A stretch of DNA of 64,000 nucleotides. Origin: Coriobacteriales bacterium. GTDB taxonomy: Bacteria > Actinomycetota > Coriobacteriia > Coriobacteriales > UBA8131. Positions within the stretch are counted from its first letter, which is position 1; each line of letters starts with the position of its first letter. The position numbers and the translations under genes are program-made. The stretch covers positions 26,980 through 90,979 of the forward strand of contig JAISLY010000004.1 in the NCBI GenBank assembly GCA_031277035.1, in the 5' to 3' direction. The notes beneath the pieces were generated by a model. The model worked only from the letters and a program-made list of their open reading frames with translations. It did not search any database and was not told the origin of the DNA. Of the stretch, positions 18,048-26,860 are shown piece by piece.

Positions 18048-19199
18048 TCAGGAAGTGCGGCTCGCCCCGTTCTGCCGAGCGATTGTGGCGATGATTTCGT
18101 CGAGGGTGCGAGTGGTCTCTGGCGCAAAGGGGATGTAGGGCCACACGTGACACATGCCCTCGCCAACGTGGGTACCGACGGCTACCCCGGCGTCGTTGAG
18201 ACGGGCGGCAAAGCCCTCCATAAGGGGGTAGAAAAGCTCTTCGGAGCCGTAATATATCTCTGTGGGCGGAAAGCCTGTGTAGTCCTGCTCCAGGGGCGTG
18301 GCAAAGAAGTCATCCCGTTCCGGACGCCGGGACATGAGCCGCTGCATCACATCGAGCAGCGAGGGGGACAACGTGATGTCGCCTGGCCCCAGCGCGTCCA
18401 TCTGGGCGCGCAACGCGGGATCGTTTATGACGACCTGTGCGGGAGAGAGCAGGATGAGCTGGTGAGGAACGCCAAGCTCAGGCTCATGGCGCAGGACGCT
18501 GAGCGTTACGGTGAGCGCCAGGCTGGCACCTGCAGAATCGCCCAGGATGGTGATGGCATCATGCCCGTATCGCGCACAAAGCTGCCGGTAGACTTCAAGC
18601 ACCATGTCGCTCGCCTCGTAAATGCTTGCCTGCGGCAACAGGGGATAGGCGGGAAGGGCAAGGTATGCGCCGCAGCGTCGCACAATCTTGTCCGCAACCA
18701 TCCAGTGGGCAAAGAGCGCCTCAAAAATAAGACCTCCTCCATGCAAAAAGAGCACGACCGGAGCGCCTGGCTGCCAACCCGCACGCGGTTCGATGCTGGG
18801 GCAGGGGCGCCTTGCAACAATGCGCCGCGTGACGCGATGCCGGAGGGCAATGAACAAGGGCACATCCGGCGGTCGTCGCCTGGCATGTCGCTCAAGCCAT
18901 CGGCGTAAGCGCAACTCGTCGAGGGAGAAGACTCTGAGAAGACCCAGATGCTTGACGAGGGTCGTTGCGATGCGATAGATGACGCTGAACTTCTCGCCGC
19001 CGGTCTGCGCGGTGCGGAGTTGCTCGGCCTCGGGCGTATCGCCGCGGGCATGCGCGCCGCGGGCATGCGCGGAGCGGGCATGCGCGGAGCTGACACCTTT
19101 GGACTCAGCGCTCGGGGAGTTTGCAGAAGCGGCATTCGGGGGATTGGCATCCATGATCTTCTCTGTCCCTTGTGTGCATTCGGAGCATTCCGAACCCAA
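18048..19199 (-). CDS. Alpha/beta-hydrolase, hormone-sensitive-lipase-like esterase family
   Basis: Oxyanion-hole HGGG (LFLHGGGLIF), nucleophile elbow GDSAGASL and C-terminal His. The N-terminus has SAHAR repeats; an alternative start exists. Confidence 0.8.
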   Translation of the reverse strand: MGSECSECTQGTEKIMDANPPNAASANSPSAESKGVSSAHARSAHARGAHARGDTPEAEQLRTAQTGGEKFSVIYRIATTLVKHLGLLRVFSLDELRLRRWLERHARRRPPDVPLFIALRHRVTRRIVARRPCPSIEPRAGWQPGAPVVLFLHGGGLIFEALFAHWMVADKIVRRCGAYLALPAYPLLPQASIYEASDMVLEVYRQLCARYGHDAITILGDSAGASLALTVTLSVLRHEPELGVPHQLILLSPAQVVINDPALRAQMDALGPGDITLSPSLLDVMQRLMSRRPERDDFFATPLEQDYTGFPPTEIYYGSEELFYPLMEGFAARLNDAGVAVGTHVGEGMCHVWPYIPFAPETTRTLDEIIATIARQNGASRTS

Positions 19200-19384
19200 C
19201 CTGGATACGACGTTCCCGCGCCTTTTTCAGATAGAGGGATTGTAGCCTCTGGTCTGTCAGAGCGGCTCAGACAGTTGACATTTCGATGCTTTTTGAAAAG
19301 GTTTCTGAAAAGAACGCGTCCGGCAGCAGGCGCAGCTCCCCTGAAAACCAGACGCGCCCGCAAAGCGGGCATACGACGCCAGCC

Positions 19385-20764
19385 TCAGCCAAGGCCAAAC
19401 AGCTGCATGCCCAGCAGAAGGACGGTTAAAACGACTACGACACAGACGGTCGTCCAGCTGAGCGCGTTGGCCACCCGTCCGTTTTTGTACTCGCCCATGA
19501 CGCGACGGTTATTGATGATGCGTATGAGGAACACGAGCAGCACGGGCAACAGGATGCCGTTGACAAACTGCGCGGCGAGCATGACGCCCATCAGGTCGAC
19601 GCCGGGAATGAGCACGACGATGCAGGCCAAAACGATGAGCACCGTGAAGATTGCCTTGAAGATTGGCGCCTCGGCCCAGCTGCGGTCAAGGCCGCGCTCC
19701 CAGCCAAATGCCTCGCAGATGGCATAGGCCGTGGTCAGCGGCACCACGCAGGCGGCCAGAAACGACGCTCCCACAAAGCCCGCGCCGAACAGCTGTTGCG
19801 CGTAGGGCCCGACGATAGGCGTCAGCGCCTCGGCGGCGCTTCGGGCGTCGGTGACCTCGATACCCTGCGAATACAGCACCGTGCCGGTTGTGATGATGAT
19901 GAACCAGACCACGAGGCAGGCGACAATCGCGCCGCTGAAAACATCGATACGCTGGGAGATGAGCTTGCGGATGTGCACGCCCTTCTCCACAACATTGCTC
20001 TGTCCGAAAAAAATCATCCACGGAGCGATGGTCGTGCCAATCAGGGCGATGATGAGCGCGAAGAAGCCCCTGTCCCAGACAAAATGCGGCACCACGGTGT
20101 TTACGGCGACCGCGCCCCAGTCGGGCTTGGAGATAAAGGCCGCCACCACATAGGTGAGAAAGAGCAGCGAGATGAGCATCAGAACTTTTTCGGTGCGTCG
20201 GTATGAGCCGCCGACGATGAGCGCCCAGACCGCAAGGCCCGCGACGGGCACGCTGATGTATTTGCTTACGCCGAAGAGCTCCATGCCGGCCGCAATGCCT
20301 GCGAACTCGCTTAATGTCGTGCCGGTGTTGGCGAGAAGCAGCGCTGCCATTGCGAAGGCGGTGAGGCGGATGCCAAAATTTTCGCGGATGAGCGCGGAGA
20401 AGCCCTTGCCCGTTTTGGCCCCTATGCGTGCGGCGGCTTCCTGCACGACCATCAAAAAGACCATCGCGACCGGGATGGTCCAAAGCGCCGCATAGCCAAA
20501 GGAGGCACCGGCGACGGAGAAGGTTGAGATGCCGCCCGCGTCGTTGCCCGCGAGTTCCGCGATGATGCCGGGCCCCAGAGCGGCGAGCAGAAGCCAGAGG
20601 CGGGATCGGCGGCGGGGCGTTGGGGTGGCGGGTGTGGTGGCGGGGGTGGTGGCGGGGGTGGCAGTGCCCGGCACGGCGGCGGTGGGCGCTGTCTGCGGTG
20701 TGGCGGTGCCGGGCGCTGCGGTCTGCTCGACGGGCGCGCGTGCGCTGTGCTTCGGTCGCGTCAT
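19385..20764 (-). CDS. NRAMP/SLC11-family transporter with NRMT-like (Mg2+-type) substitutions
   Basis: NRAMP fold. TM1 has DAGG where DPGN is expected (LAGNDAGGIS). TM6 has T-x-x-A-P-W where A-x-x-M-P-H is expected (GTTIAPWMIF). Confidence 0.85.
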   Translation of the reverse strand: MTRPKHSARAPVEQTAAPGTATPQTAPTAAVPGTATPATTPATTPATPTPRRRSRLWLLLAALGPGIIAELAGNDAGGISTFSVAGASFGYAALWTIPVAMVFLMVVQEAAARIGAKTGKGFSALIRENFGIRLTAFAMAALLLANTGTTLSEFAGIAAGMELFGVSKYISVPVAGLAVWALIVGGSYRRTEKVLMLISLLFLTYVVAAFISKPDWGAVAVNTVVPHFVWDRGFFALIIALIGTTIAPWMIFFGQSNVVEKGVHIRKLISQRIDVFSGAIVACLVVWFIIITTGTVLYSQGIEVTDARSAAEALTPIVGPYAQQLFGAGFVGASFLAACVVPLTTAYAICEAFGWERGLDRSWAEAPIFKAIFTVLIVLACIVVLIPGVDLMGVMLAAQFVNGILLPVLLVFLIRIINNRRVMGEYKNGRVANALSWTTVCVVVVLTVLLLGMQLFGLG

Positions 20765-20775
20765 CCAAACGCTCC

Positions 20776-22641
20776 TCAGGCAACAGCAATCGGAGTCAGC
20801 AGCCAGGCGAGTCCAAGCTGGATGGCAAGCGCGAGCAGCATGGCGAACAGGGTGACGCCCGTGTTGGAAAGATCGCGGTCCCGGTCAAGGCGTCGGCGGC
20901 CATAGACATTGACGAGCACGGAGGCCGCAAACAGCACAAAGGCAACGACCGCCGTGGGCAAAAAAGCCCCCTGCAGCGCATGGCTGCCGTAGATGCGAAT
21001 CGCCTCGCCATCCCATTGGGCGGGCGCGATGTTCAGCCCGCCCCCGTGCAGCGCACCGCTGAGCGCCCAGAAGAACAGGCCGACCACGGCGGTCGTTGCC
21101 AGCGCGAGCGCCAGATTTCGCCCAAAGACGCGGAGCAGTTCACGCGGGGCTTTGCGGCTTTCGTGGTCAAGCAGGTCGTTGATGGCGATTGCGACCACGT
21201 TGTCGGCCAGTATGAGGACGAAGGGCGCCAACAGTATCGCTCCGCCAAGGCGGGCAAAGCCACCGGCGAGCACCACCAGCAGCATCGCCGCCGCCCAGAC
21301 GATGAACCACAGCTCCTTGCGGGCAAGCCATACGAGCAGGCTGCCGAGCCCCTGTTTTTCGTTGTCGCGCCCGAGGCCCGCAGCGCCGACAATCTGCAGA
21401 TCCTCGCTGTGCTCCTCCTCCAAAACGTCCATGGCATCATCGATGGTCACGATGCCCAGAAGCGTGCCGCTCTCATCCACAACCGGCATTGCCAGCAGGT
21501 CATACTTCGAGATGGCGTCGGCCACATCCTCCTGGTCGTCCTCCGGGCGAGCGGTTATCAGATCGCGGGTCGCAAGGTCAAAGACGGAGGTGTCGCCCGC
21601 CGCCAGCACGAGCGAACGCAGCGAGAGGGCACCGGAGAGCATGCCGTTTGAGTCCAGCGTGTAGACGTAGTGCACGCTTTCGTGGTCCTCGTCGAGCTGG
21701 CGCAGGTATTCGATGGTGGCGCCGACGCTCATCTCCTCGGGCACCGCCACGAACTCCGGCGTCATGATGCCGCCGGCCGTCTTCTCACGATACCCCAGAA
21801 GCGAGCGGATGCGCCGCTGATCGGAGACGCCCATCAGCCACAGCAGCTTCTCCTTCTTCTCATAGGGCAGATCGCCGAGGATGTCGGCAGCGTCGTCGGG
21901 GTCCATCTGCGCGAGCAGATCGGCGGCCTCGTGTTCGGAGAGGTCGTCAATCATGTTGGCCTGAAACTCATCTTCAAGCTCGGAGAAGGTCTCGGCGGCC
22001 TGCTGTTTGTCCAGATGGTCAAAGACGAGGGCCCGCTGATGCGGATTGAGCTGTTCGAGGATGTCGGCCACGTCGGCGGGATGAAGTTCGGAGAGGCGCT
22101 TGTGGCTCATCGAGAGCTTGACGTTTGAAAGGTCGCGGTCGACAAGCTCCATGTAGTTCCAGGCGATGATGTGCTCCTCAAGGGGGTGGCGCAGCGCCCT
22201 GGTAAGCGCTACGGCGGCCCGCTCCGCCAGAGGCGAGAGGCCGCGCAGGATGCCGCGTGCGCCCACCTCGGCTCCGAGCAGGCGCAGCTGCCTGCCAGAG
22301 CTTGAGAGCTTGAGGTCGTTGACCCGCACGACCTTGAGCCCCTGCGTATCGACAATCTGTTTGTTGAGAAGGTCGCGGGCAAGCAGCAGCTCGTCGGGCT
22401 GTAGATAGGAAAAGCGGATGTCCATCGCCGGCTTGTTGAGGGTGATGCGCCCATCCTCAAAACTCGCGACGTATTTGCGCCACGAGACCATGAAGGGCGT
22501 CTTGGAAGGCCCGAGGAGGGCCAGCGAGGTGATGCGCGGGAAGACCTCACCAACCTGGATGGCAAGATCGCTGATGCGGCCGATCTCCTCTCCATTGGAG
22601 TCGAGCACTGGGTTTCCCAGCATCTGGGAGAGATAGAGCAT
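20776..22641 (-). CDS. PRC-barrel + MgtE_N + tandem CBS protein with a non-canonical C-terminal membrane domain
   Basis: N-terminal PRC-like GNPVLDSNGEEIGRISDL. MgtE_N HPADVADILEQL. CBS pair. Hydrophobic C-terminus that does not show the usual MgtE channel motifs. It ends 11 nt before the NRAMP start. Confidence 0.75.
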   Translation of the reverse strand: MLYLSQMLGNPVLDSNGEEIGRISDLAIQVGEVFPRITSLALLGPSKTPFMVSWRKYVASFEDGRITLNKPAMDIRFSYLQPDELLLARDLLNKQIVDTQGLKVVRVNDLKLSSSGRQLRLLGAEVGARGILRGLSPLAERAAVALTRALRHPLEEHIIAWNYMELVDRDLSNVKLSMSHKRLSELHPADVADILEQLNPHQRALVFDHLDKQQAAETFSELEDEFQANMIDDLSEHEAADLLAQMDPDDAADILGDLPYEKKEKLLWLMGVSDQRRIRSLLGYREKTAGGIMTPEFVAVPEEMSVGATIEYLRQLDEDHESVHYVYTLDSNGMLSGALSLRSLVLAAGDTSVFDLATRDLITARPEDDQEDVADAISKYDLLAMPVVDESGTLLGIVTIDDAMDVLEEEHSEDLQIVGAAGLGRDNEKQGLGSLLVWLARKELWFIVWAAAMLLVVLAGGFARLGGAILLAPFVLILADNVVAIAINDLLDHESRKAPRELLRVFGRNLALALATTAVVGLFFWALSGALHGGGLNIAPAQWDGEAIRIYGSHALQGAFLPTAVVAFVLFAASVLVNVYGRRRLDRDRDLSNTGVTLFAMLLALAIQLGLAWLLTPIAVA

Positions 22642-22850
22642 AGGTCTCCTCCGTTCTCACCGCGCACAGGCCCGCGCTGCCTCGGACGTGGAGGAGGGGG
22701 CGCAGGGGCCTGGTATTCGCGGATGTTCTGGCAGCCCGACGGCCGCCGTGAAGGAGACCGAGTGGGCTAAGGTTTGTGGATCCGATCACTACTGTGAGGC
22801 AGATCGTTCACAAGGGCCCTTTCTTCTCGGCAACATGGTTCAGGGGGATA

Positions 22851-23030
22851 CGAGCGGCGCCGTGCCGTGCGGCGTGCGTGCCGTGCGGCGTGCGCCTCGT
22901 GTGTCGCCTTGCAGCGCAGCGCGCTTCGTGTGTCGCCTCGCGGCTTGCGCCCCGCTTCGCAGCGTGCGGCGTGCGCCTCGCTTCGCCTCGCGGCGTGCGC
23001 CTCGTGTCCATCCTGTGTGTGCCCTGCAAC
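22851..23030. repeat. Degenerate GC-rich repeats (gtgcggcgtgcgcctcg-like) in a divergent promoter region
   Basis: Several imperfect copies read directly. Confidence 0.6.
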
Positions 23031-23171
23031 AGTCGGCAAGGCCGTGCCCATTGTACGGCAGCACCGCTCATAAGGCAACCGCACGAGAGGTGGTGAATGG
23101 GCGAATGTGTGGTAACCTTATAGATTCACAGCAGCTTTCCCGTTCCTGTTTTCAGGCCTGAGGAGGTTTTC

Positions 23172-24545
23172 ATGTCTGAGGACGCTACCGTCGACATCAC
23201 GCGTGACTTTGAGGAAATTAACCGCATCGCTCCGGAGCTTTACGCAAAACACCAGGTAAAGCGTGGCCTCCGTAACGACGATGGCACCGGCGTCGTTGCA
23301 GGTATCACCAATATCAGCGATGTGCACGGCTATCGAATCGAGGGCGACAGGGTCATCCCCGATGAAGGCCGCCTGATTCTCAGGGGCTATGACATCGACG
23401 ATCTTCTGGCGCCGGTGTTTGCCGAGGGGCGCTTTTGCTTTGAGGAGATCTGCTACCTGCTGTTGATGGGCAGCCTGCCCACGCGCGATGAACTGCTCCG
23501 CTTCCGTTCGGCCCTTGACATTCAGCGTGAGCTGCCGGACGGTTTTACCTCGCACTACATCATGAACCCCGCGAGTGCCGACATCATGAACTGCCTCGCG
23601 CGTTCGGTGCAGATTCTGTACGCGAGCGACATCGATGCCGAGTCGCGCACCGATGAGCACGAGGCGCGTACGGCCATCTCGCTGCTCTCGCGGCTGCCGC
23701 GCATTATGGTGCTTGCCCATTACGCCAAGCAGGCGACCTTTTACAATGGCTCGATGATCATGCACCGCTTTATCCCCGGGCAGTCAACGGCCGAGACCAT
23801 CCTTTCGATGCTGCGCCCCAATCGCGTCTTTACGCATGAGGAAGCGCTGATGCTCGACATCATGCTGTCGCTGCACGCTGAGCATGGAGGGGGGAACAAC
23901 TCGACCTTTACCTGTCGCGTGGTCACCTCCTCGGATACCGACCCCTACTCTGCCTATTCGGCGGCAATCGGTTCGCTGAAAGGCAGTCGCCACGGTGGGG
24001 CAAACGCCAAGGTGCTCGCGATGTTGCGCGACATTGAGGTCGGAGTCGCCGATTGGGAAAACGACGACGAACTGGCCAGCTATCTGGAGCGGATTGTGCG
24101 CGGGCAGGCCTTTGACGGCTCCGGCCTGATCTATGGGATGGGCCACGCCGTCTACACCCTGAGCGACCCAAGGGCCAAACTGTGTCTCCAATTTGCCCGG
24201 CGCCTGGCTGCGGACACGCCCTTTGAGGCCGAGTTGCGCCTGCTTGAGCGCGTGGAGCATCTGGCCCCCGAGGTCCTTGCGGCGCTCAAGGGGCCGGGCA
24301 AGACCATCAGCGCGAACGTGGATATGTACTCCGGGCTCGTCTACACGATGCTCGATGTCCCCGAGGATCTGTTCACACCGCTGTTTGCCTGCGGGCGCAT
24401 GGCGGGCTGGGCGGCACATCGCTTTGAGGAGATTGTCAGCGGCAAGCGCATCATCCGCCCCGCGTATAAGACCACGGGCTCATGTCGCGACTATATTCCG
24501 CTGAGCGAGCGGGGAGAAGGCGCGGGCGCGGGGGCGGAGGCGTGA
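23172..24545 (+). CDS. Citrate (or 2-methylcitrate) synthase
   Basis: HAEHGGGNNSTF, GSLKGSRHGGAN and GMGHAVY catalytic motifs. Confidence 0.9.
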   Translation: MSEDATVDITRDFEEINRIAPELYAKHQVKRGLRNDDGTGVVAGITNISDVHGYRIEGDRVIPDEGRLILRGYDIDDLLAPVFAEGRFCFEEICYLLLMGSLPTRDELLRFRSALDIQRELPDGFTSHYIMNPASADIMNCLARSVQILYASDIDAESRTDEHEARTAISLLSRLPRIMVLAHYAKQATFYNGSMIMHRFIPGQSTAETILSMLRPNRVFTHEEALMLDIMLSLHAEHGGGNNSTFTCRVVTSSDTDPYSAYSAAIGSLKGSRHGGANAKVLAMLRDIEVGVADWENDDELASYLERIVRGQAFDGSGLIYGMGHAVYTLSDPRAKLCLQFARRLAADTPFEAELRLLERVEHLAPEVLAALKGPGKTISANVDMYSGLVYTMLDVPEDLFTPLFACGRMAGWAAHRFEEIVSGKRIIRPAYKTTGSCRDYIPLSERGEGAGAGAEA

Positions 24546-24630
24546 GCGGGGACGCGATAAGGCGGACGGAGGCGCATGCGGAGTTGGAGGCACACGCTCG
24601 ATGAGGCGGGCGACAGCCAAAGAGATGAGG

Positions 24631-24701
24631 GCGTAATGGGGCAGGCGGCATCCAGAACAGTGGAGGCGTGAGCGTAATGGGGCAGGCGGCATCCAGAACA
24701 G
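24631..24701. repeat. 41-bp-period duplication of the xdh translation start region
   Basis: gcgtaatggggcaggcggcatccagaacag occurs at 24631-24660 and 24672-24701. ggaggcgtgagcg is also present at the citrate synthase stop (24537) and at 24663. Confidence 0.9.
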
Positions 24702-26860
24702 CCTCGCACATCTCCCAAAGTGTGGTCAAGAAAGACCATGCGGAGAAGATGGGCGGCACTGCGCTTTATGTGGGAGACTACCCTCAACAGGACATGCTCC
24801 ACGGCGCCCTGGTGCGCTCGCCGCATCCCCATGCCCGCATACAGGACATCCGCTATCCCGAGCTTCCGGCGGGCTATTTTACCGTGGATGCGAGCGATGT
24901 GCCCGGTGAGAACATCGCGCACGTTGTGCTTGATGACTCTTTGGTGTTTGCGGACGGGGAGGTCTTTTTCGTCGGCGACGTGATTGCCATGATTGTCGGT
25001 CCCGACCGCCGAGAGGCCTACCGCCTGGCAAGGGCGACCGACGTTGTGTACGAGCTGCTGCCCGCCGTGTTGACAGTGGCTGACGCACAGGAGTTCTTCT
25101 TTGATTACCGCTATGGCTCCGGCGACGTGCAGGCGGCCTTTGCGGAGGCTGACCACGTGTATGAGGAGGAGTTTGAAACCGGCTATCAGGAGCAGGCGTA
25201 TCTGGAGCCGCAGGGCTTTATCGCCTGTTTTGCGCAGGACGGGGTTCTCACGCTGCACGGCAGCCTGCAATGCCCCTACTACGTAAAGGCCGCGGTCATG
25301 AAGGCGACCGGCCTTGGGTCAAAGGCCGTGCGCATCCAACAGGATCATACGGGCGGCGGCTTTGGCGGCAAGGAAGCGTTTCCCTCGATACTCGGCTGCC
25401 AGGTTGCGATTGCCGCGATGAAGGCCGCAGGGCGCCCCGTCCGTGTCGTTTTCGACCGTCGCGAGGACATGGAGTTTACGAGCAAGCGCCATCCCTCAAA
25501 GAGTCGGTATCGGGCCGCTGTGCGCGATGGGCGGGTGACGGCGCTTGACATCGACGTGCAGTTTGACTCGGGCGCCTTTACCACTCTGAGCCCTGTGGTG
25601 CTGCAACGCGGAATCATTGCGGCTCCGGGCGTCTATCGGGTGCCCAATCTCGCGGTACGGGGGCGTGGTGCTCGCACCAACAAAGTGCCGACCGGTGCGT
25701 TTCGTGGTTTTGGTGCGCCGCAGACCTTCTTTGCCATCGAGCTCATGATGGAGCATATCGCGCGCGATTTGGGCCTTGAGCCGCTGGACTTCAAGCGTGC
25801 GCAGCTGGTGGAGAGGGGCGACGCCACCACTACGGGCGGCCGCTACCACTTTGACGTGCCCCTGCCGCAGATGCTTGCCGACGTGCTCGTTGCAAGTGAC
25901 TACGAGCGCAAACGTGCCCGCTACGCCGAGGAGGCGCGCGTGCGCGCCAAAGGGGCGTGCGAGCGCTCTGAGGAGGCGCGCGCCCGCTTTCGACGGGGCA
26001 TCGGTCTTGCGCTCTGGTTTCATGGCGCCGGGTTTACGGGCAGTGGCGAACGCGACATCATCAAGGGTCGCGCCCGCATCCACAAGAGCGCTGCGGGGCA
26101 GGTGGAAGTGCTTGTCTCGCAATCCGACATCGGCCAGGGCATCAAAACGACGCTCGCCAAGATTGTCGCCTGTGAGCTTGGACTGCCCTATGAGGAGATT
26201 ATCATCAGCAATCCGGACACCGCGCGCGTACCCGACAGCGGCCCGACGGTCGCAAGCCGCAGCCTGATGATTGTCGGCGAGCTGTTGCGTCGTGCCGCCG
26301 TGCGGCTGCGCGAGGAATGGCGCGAGGGGCAGGAGCAGGATGTTGAGGAGCACTTCGTCGAACCCGACTTCCTCGTGCCCTTTGACCTGGAGACCTTCAG
26401 CGGGGATGCCTATCCCACCTATGCCTGGGGGGCGGCCGTCGTCGAGCTTCAGATTGACAGCCTGACTGGCACAAACGAGGTTCTTGGCTGCTGGGCGAGC
26501 CTTGATGTGGGCACGCCCATCGACCAGGCGATTGTGCTTGGACAGATGGAGGGCGGCGTTTTGCAGGGTCTGGGCTATGCCTCGATGGAGCAGATGGCGG
26601 CAGACGCGAGCGGGCGTATCCGCAACAATTCGTACAGCGACTACCTGATCCCAAGCGCCGTCGATGTGCCCGAACTCAAGGTGCAGATGCACGTTACCAA
26701 GTATCCGAATGGCCCCTATGGCGCCGCCGGTGCCGGAGAGGTGCCGCTCGTGGGCCTGCCGCCCGCCTATCTCGCCGCGGCCGAACAGGCTTTGGATGGT
26801 GTGCGGCTGAGTCACATTCCTCTGACTGCGGAAGAAACTTTGAAGGTGATTGTGCGATGA
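24677..26860 (+). CDS. Xanthine dehydrogenase-family molybdopterin-binding subunit
   Basis: Aldehyde oxidase/XDH a/b-hammerhead and Mo-binding domain pattern (GGGFGGKE, FRGFG, GAGE). ATG 24677 is preceded by GGAGG; the track start GTG 24668 is in frame. Confidence 0.88.
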   Translation: MGQAASRTASHISQSVVKKDHAEKMGGTALYVGDYPQQDMLHGALVRSPHPHARIQDIRYPELPAGYFTVDASDVPGENIAHVVLDDSLVFADGEVFFVGDVIAMIVGPDRREAYRLARATDVVYELLPAVLTVADAQEFFFDYRYGSGDVQAAFAEADHVYEEEFETGYQEQAYLEPQGFIACFAQDGVLTLHGSLQCPYYVKAAVMKATGLGSKAVRIQQDHTGGGFGGKEAFPSILGCQVAIAAMKAAGRPVRVVFDRREDMEFTSKRHPSKSRYRAAVRDGRVTALDIDVQFDSGAFTTLSPVVLQRGIIAAPGVYRVPNLAVRGRGARTNKVPTGAFRGFGAPQTFFAIELMMEHIARDLGLEPLDFKRAQLVERGDATTTGGRYHFDVPLPQMLADVLVASDYERKRARYAEEARVRAKGACERSEEARARFRRGIGLALWFHGAGFTGSGERDIIKGRARIHKSAAGQVEVLVSQSDIGQGIKTTLAKIVACELGLPYEEIIISNPDTARVPDSGPTVASRSLMIVGELLRRAAVRLREEWREGQEQDVEEHFVEPDFLVPFDLETFSGDAYPTYAWGAAVVELQIDSLTGTNEVLGCWASLDVGTPIDQAIVLGQMEGGVLQGLGYASMEQMAADASGRIRNNSYSDYLIPSAVDVPELKVQMHVTKYPNGPYGAAGAGEVPLVGLPPAYLAAAEQALDGVRLSHIPLTAEETLKVIVR

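Noticed and set aside
22642-22860. An M-box (Mg) or yybP-ykoY (Mn) riboswitch in the leader of the MgtE_N-CBS/NRAMP operon.
   Set aside because: I read the minus-strand leader and could not find the conserved cores of either class that I remember (for example GTTAGGTGAGGC...CTAAAGC for the M-box). A covariance-model scan would be needed to exclude it formally.
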